The notes beneath the pieces are model-generated. The model saw only the letters and a list, made by a program, of their open reading frames with translations. It was not told where the DNA came from and made no database searches. This document shows, one piece after another, positions 59,558 through 64,000 of a DNA stretch of 64,000 nucleotides. A program made the position numbers and the translations under genes. The stretch's first letter is position 1. Each line of letters begins with the position of its first letter. The DNA is from Yuukianura sp. NJ FZ-2021 (Eukaryota): positions 5,580,001-5,644,000 of the forward strand of contig CM102290.1 of NCBI GenBank assembly GCA_046563655.1, written 5' to 3'.

Positions 59558-61744
59558 ATGACTGAAGAACCCGGCACAACGCTTCCCAAACTCAAGTATT
59601 CCCGAGCATTAGCATTCACTGGAGCCAACCGATGCAGAGACAAACCAGAACACTGGATCAAGCGTATTATGGATTTCCTGTCCTTCATACTCTCAATTGT
59701 CAAGATCCATGCAATTGCCATTTACTTCACCATCACTCAGCTTCTGTCCCACCACAATAAATTTGAGATCACTTCGAAGGGTAACATTCATAATTCACAG
59801 TATATTGGTCAACATAACATCATAAAAAGTGAAATGACCAAAAAGTGAAAACGCCAAAAAGTGAAAAGGCCAAAATATGAAAACGCCAAAAAGTGAAAAG
59901 ACCAGAATTAGGAAAAGAATTACTTTCAGTGGATAACTCGCATTTTGTTTATTTTCTATTTTTAATTGCAAATATGAACTCTATTTTTTGGCCCGCTCTC
60001 AAAAACTTCGAATTTTCAGAAAATTATGAAAAATGCAATTTTGCTATCTCAAAATATGTCTTAGCTTATATTTTGTTAGGTTAGGTTACGTCTTTAACTG
60101 CTTACATTTCACTTCTGGCCTTTTCACCTCTGATCATTTCACTTTTGGCCAAATTGTTTTGGCCATTTCACATGGAATCATGTCATCTTACAAATTGATA
60201 CTATTTTCCTTCTTCCAGTAATCGAAGACAACAAAGGGAGATGGGCCGTCGTGACTGGTGGATCGAGAGGAATAGGATTAGAAGTTGTGCGAAAATTTTA
60301 TGCTTGTCACATGAACGTTATCGTAGGATGTCGAAACGAGCGACACGGGGCCAACATCATCAAAAAGTTGCAGCAGGAATCCTACGAAGCCGGAAACCGA
60401 GCTGTTATTCACGTCTGTCACTTGGATCTCACTTCACTAGAATCTGTCAAAACGTTTGCTCAAACTGTCATCAACATGACGTCCAATTCCGTTCACGTCC
60501 TCGTCAATAACGGTAGTTCATCTAAGTATTTCTTATGACACGAGACAGTTCCTAACTTTTAGTACTTTTGTTTCAGCCGGAGTTATGTTCCCGACGTTTG
60601 AGTTGACCGAGGATGGATTTGGGAACCAAATGCAAACGAACCATCTCGGACACTTTGCTCTGATTGGTCACTTGGTTCCAACGGCTTTACACCATGGTGG
60701 AACGGCTTTCAGAAAAGCCAGAGTTGTCAACGTGTCATCAGTAGCTCACTATGGAGCTGACACATCGACAGACAAAACGGGCGGGATTCTTGATTAGTAA
60801 GTATTTATTCTGTGACAAGATTTTAGTATGATTTTCGTTTTATTATCGTAACTACTGCTAAGTTTACTTTGTTTTCAAGTACAGACGAATTCAAAACGTA
60901 CATGGACAGCAAGTTCTGTCAGATTGCTACTTCTATTAGGTGGAATGAGTACTGTAGAGGGATATCTGCCCACATCAAAGTTCTAAACGTCCATCCAGGC
61001 ATAGTAAACACTGCTCTCTACAAAAACATCTTCTACTACGACTGGATTGGTCCACTCATGCGTCTCATGTACATGGTACGATTACTTTTACCATCACAAT
61101 TACTACGTAGTAACCTAACTGAAAAAAAAACAGTGGAGTTTTTCTACTGAGCGATCAACGAAAAAAGCGAACGTTTTTGCAGAAATCTCACATCGCCCCA
61201 ACTACATTCCAGATTGTTTGAACAAAATAATTAACAAAGTTTAACATGTTTGAAATTAAGAAATGACATTTTAAAAAACTGAAAAGTCAATTACGAACGT
61301 TTCCTGTTGTTTTAAAATCCATCTTCAAATTCATTTTAAATATTTTTAACTTTTTTAGTTCAAACAATCCCGAATGAATGGCGTTGGGGCGTTTTGAGAT
61401 TTCTGAAAAAAACGATCGTTTTTTTTTTTCGCTGATCGCTCAGTAGAAAAATTCCACTGTTTTTTTTTCAGTTAGGTTGCTAGAAGTAGTACTTACTGCG
61501 ATTACTTTTATGATTACGATTACAATTCTATCAACATTTTAATTCATAACAACCGATTTTCTAACAGACTCCTGCAGAGGGATCAGACTGTGTGGTTTAT
61601 GCCGCTCTGTCACCGGAACTAGAACATCACACTCCACTTTTCCTTGTCAATTCCAAAGAGACTGAGCCATCCCAAGGAGTTCTGGATGAAGAAGTGCTGG
61701 AAACAGTGTGGAGACTGTCGTGTCAAGCTACAGATCGGCGGTAG
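59558..61744 (+). CDS. Short-chain dehydrogenase/reductase, DHRSX/RDH-like, tandem copy 2; exons ~59558-59780, 60219-60512, 60577-60796, 60880-61075, 61568-61744
   Basis: TGGSRGIG, NNAGVM, NHLGHFAL, RVVNVSS, YMDSK, VHPGIVNTAL, YAALSPELE. Confidence 0.9.
61108..61482. mobile_element. AACCTAAC-TIR MITE in the last intron of SDR copy 2
   Basis: AACCTAACTGAAAAAAAAACAGTGGA..TTTTTCTACTGAGCGATC vs GATCGCTCAGTAGAAAAATTCCACTGTTTTTTTTTCAGTTAGGTT. Confidence 0.85.
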
Positions 61745-62263
61745 TTACGTCTCACTCTGCTCCTCGTCTCAGGAAATTAGCAAAGTTCAAATTAGTTGAG
61801 CCTCAACCATATTTTTAAACAGCATAGCACATTAACTGAGATGTTATTTTTATTATCGATTTTGGAGTTGAAATGAATGGATTTGGTAAAAAGGAGTCCA
61901 TGTTGTGGAAAGTGTTTATTCGTACGGATTGTTACGAAGCATTTAGTTTAATTAAGGCTTAATTAAAGTAGTTACGAAATCACAACCATTGGTTAGCATG
62001 GAGAATCATGATTAGTTGCCCTATTTGAATACAAATGTTGACTGGGAGGAAGTGGAATGTGGTGGAAGTGGGTTTAAAATCGGGACGGAACAAACAATTA
62101 TTGACTGGAGTGGATGATAAGGATGCTGAGACGTCCTTGTTCTGTCCAGTTCCTTGTTCTGTCGAAGTATATTGGAGTGTTGTGTTTGAAATCACGTGGA
62201 ATGCATGGATTGTAAGCAGATTGCCATTGGAAAAGTACTGGACGAAGTTTCGGGCAGTATTCA

Positions 62264-63250
62264 TCAGGATATTCTGGAGCAGCATCCTTCCGTCCAACTG
62301 CTGTTTGATCTGGAGTTGAGATTCACACCCAAGGGACCTGAGGATGAATCGTAATGTGACAGAGGTTCTTTCGCTTTTGCTTGCTGCGGGATACAAATGA
62401 CAATCAATTAGTTACATTTTTAGTTGAACAATTGACGAGTAGTACATACCTCGATAAGGGCATGAGCGATTTCTGTAAATAGTTTCTCAACATTGTCCGC
62501 TTCCTTGGCCGAAGTCTCCATGAAGTACATGTTGCTTCGCTGTGCAAAGTCCTCTCCGACGTATGTCGGGATTTCACGATCTTCCCGGTCAGTTTTGTTT
62601 CCTGAATAACAATGACAGATAATTAAAAAAATATGGCAGCCATCAGGAAATTGCCAACTCACCGACGAGGACTCTCAGAACTTTTGCATTTGCGTATTCC
62701 TCAATCTCCCGTAACCACTCTGGCAAACAGTCAAACGTTGGTTGTGAACTGACGTCGTAGACCAATATCAAACCATGAGCTGATCGGTAGTAACTCTGCG
62801 TGATGGACCGGAATCTCTCCTGACCTGTCGATTCCATAACGTTTTCAATGACATTTTATACAGGAGATTAAATTGATATTGGATTACCTGCCGTATCCCA
62901 AATCTGCAACTGAAAATATCAAAGTCTAACGTTTATGTCTTAGTTTCACACTGCTGTTGATGTTAGGCAATTAATTAGAAGTACCTTTACTATTTCTCCA
63001 TTGATGTCCACTGATTTGATCATAAAGTCCACTCCAATTGTGGATCCTTGGCCTGGTGGAAAAAGACCCTGTAAGGACCAACAGATTACAAAATGAGTTT
63101 TCGGTATTAGGAGTGACATTATCGTTAATCAAGTGTCGAAATAGGAAGATGACTGATTGTAACCTGTGTGAATCTCCTAACGAGACAAGTTTTTCCAACA
63201 CCAGCATTTCCAACCAAGATCACTTTGAATAGGTACTTGTAGTCTTCCAT
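62264..63250 (-). CDS. Rab30: Ras-related protein Rab-30; exons ~63250-63164, 63069-62986, 62909-62888, 62824-62664, 62602-62450, 62383-62264
   Basis: [77 protein letters not shown], C-terminal GCCSRIS prenylation motif. Confidence 0.95.
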
Positions 63251-64000
63251 TTGATTCTTTTTAGTAGATTAGATTACTTCCAAGGGCGTCTTCTGAAGTG
63301 TCTCTCCCGTCACTGGTGATTAATTAGCTGCTCAATTGGAAAACATTGCACTGGAACCTGAACGAGAAGAAATATTAGGAAGATTATGTCAGCTGTTTGT
63401 TATTTGTGAAGTACCGTGGGGATTTTGGGATGGATGAATCGTAAGTTGCGTAGAAGTGGCTAAGTGACTGGCAAATGCATCAGAGAGTGCTTGAGACCTA
63501 GGAGATGAAGTGACACATACTGATTAGAGGCAGTGGGATGTAAATGATTCAAGAGTTTAATTTTATCTATGGCTTACGTCTGCCAGGGAGAAGATTAAGT
63601 GTCAAAGGGATGCGTCGCCTGTGGAGTGATGCTGAATGGTGATGGTACTGTTGATTGTTTGGGTCTGTTGCCTTGTGTTCCTACCGTAACAATCTACGGT
63701 GCGTGTCTCTTGTATGGGTGAGAAGGAGGTTGATCCAGATGATGTCAATGATTCATCTCGGTGTACCGTTGCAAGATCAACACACAGGAGATCTCTACTC
63801 AATTCCTTTTGGCTTGGCTAATCATCACATCGCACCTCAACCCCCTATCCGTTTCCATATCTTACTTCCGCAAACTACTTACCATAATAAATCATCAATT
63901 ACTCGTGTAAGTCAACTTTAGATTTGGTAATTGATTAATAGAAGGTCAACAATGAATTAGTCTGCTCTGAACGTATTTTGAACCAACAGGTCCATTGACA

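Overview
Eukaryotic, intron-rich, AT-rich genomic DNA from an arthropod. Short 55-80 nt GT-AG introns and insect-like proteins suggest a hexapod such as a springtail, but the taxon is an inference. Gene models were spliced by hand, in this order: four small secreted Cys-rich protease-inhibitor genes (WAP-only, pacifastin+WAP, pacifastin-only, pacifastin+WAP); a CNG channel alpha subunit (-); O-GlcNAc transferase (+); about 7 kb of non-coding DNA; carnitine palmitoyltransferase 1 (+); an orphan gene (-); Unr/CSDE1 (+); PDZD8 (-); an orphan coiled-coil gene (+); CtBP (-); two tandem DHRSX/RDH-like SDR genes (+); and Rab30 (-). MITEs, tandem repeats and one DINE-1/Helentron-like element are scattered through the window. 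Three observations stand out. (1) The only long OGT intron sits at the position of the mammalian regulated 'detained' intron 4 and contains stop-bearing cryptic (poison/decoy) exons. (2) Pacifastin-WAP chimeric inhibitors are built from phase-1 exons. (3) CPT1 has duplicated alternative exons right after the catalytic His, with a candidate RNA stem between them. No prokaryotic features, CRISPR arrays, tRNAs or rRNAs were seen. Exon coordinates are hand-derived and may be off by a few bases.
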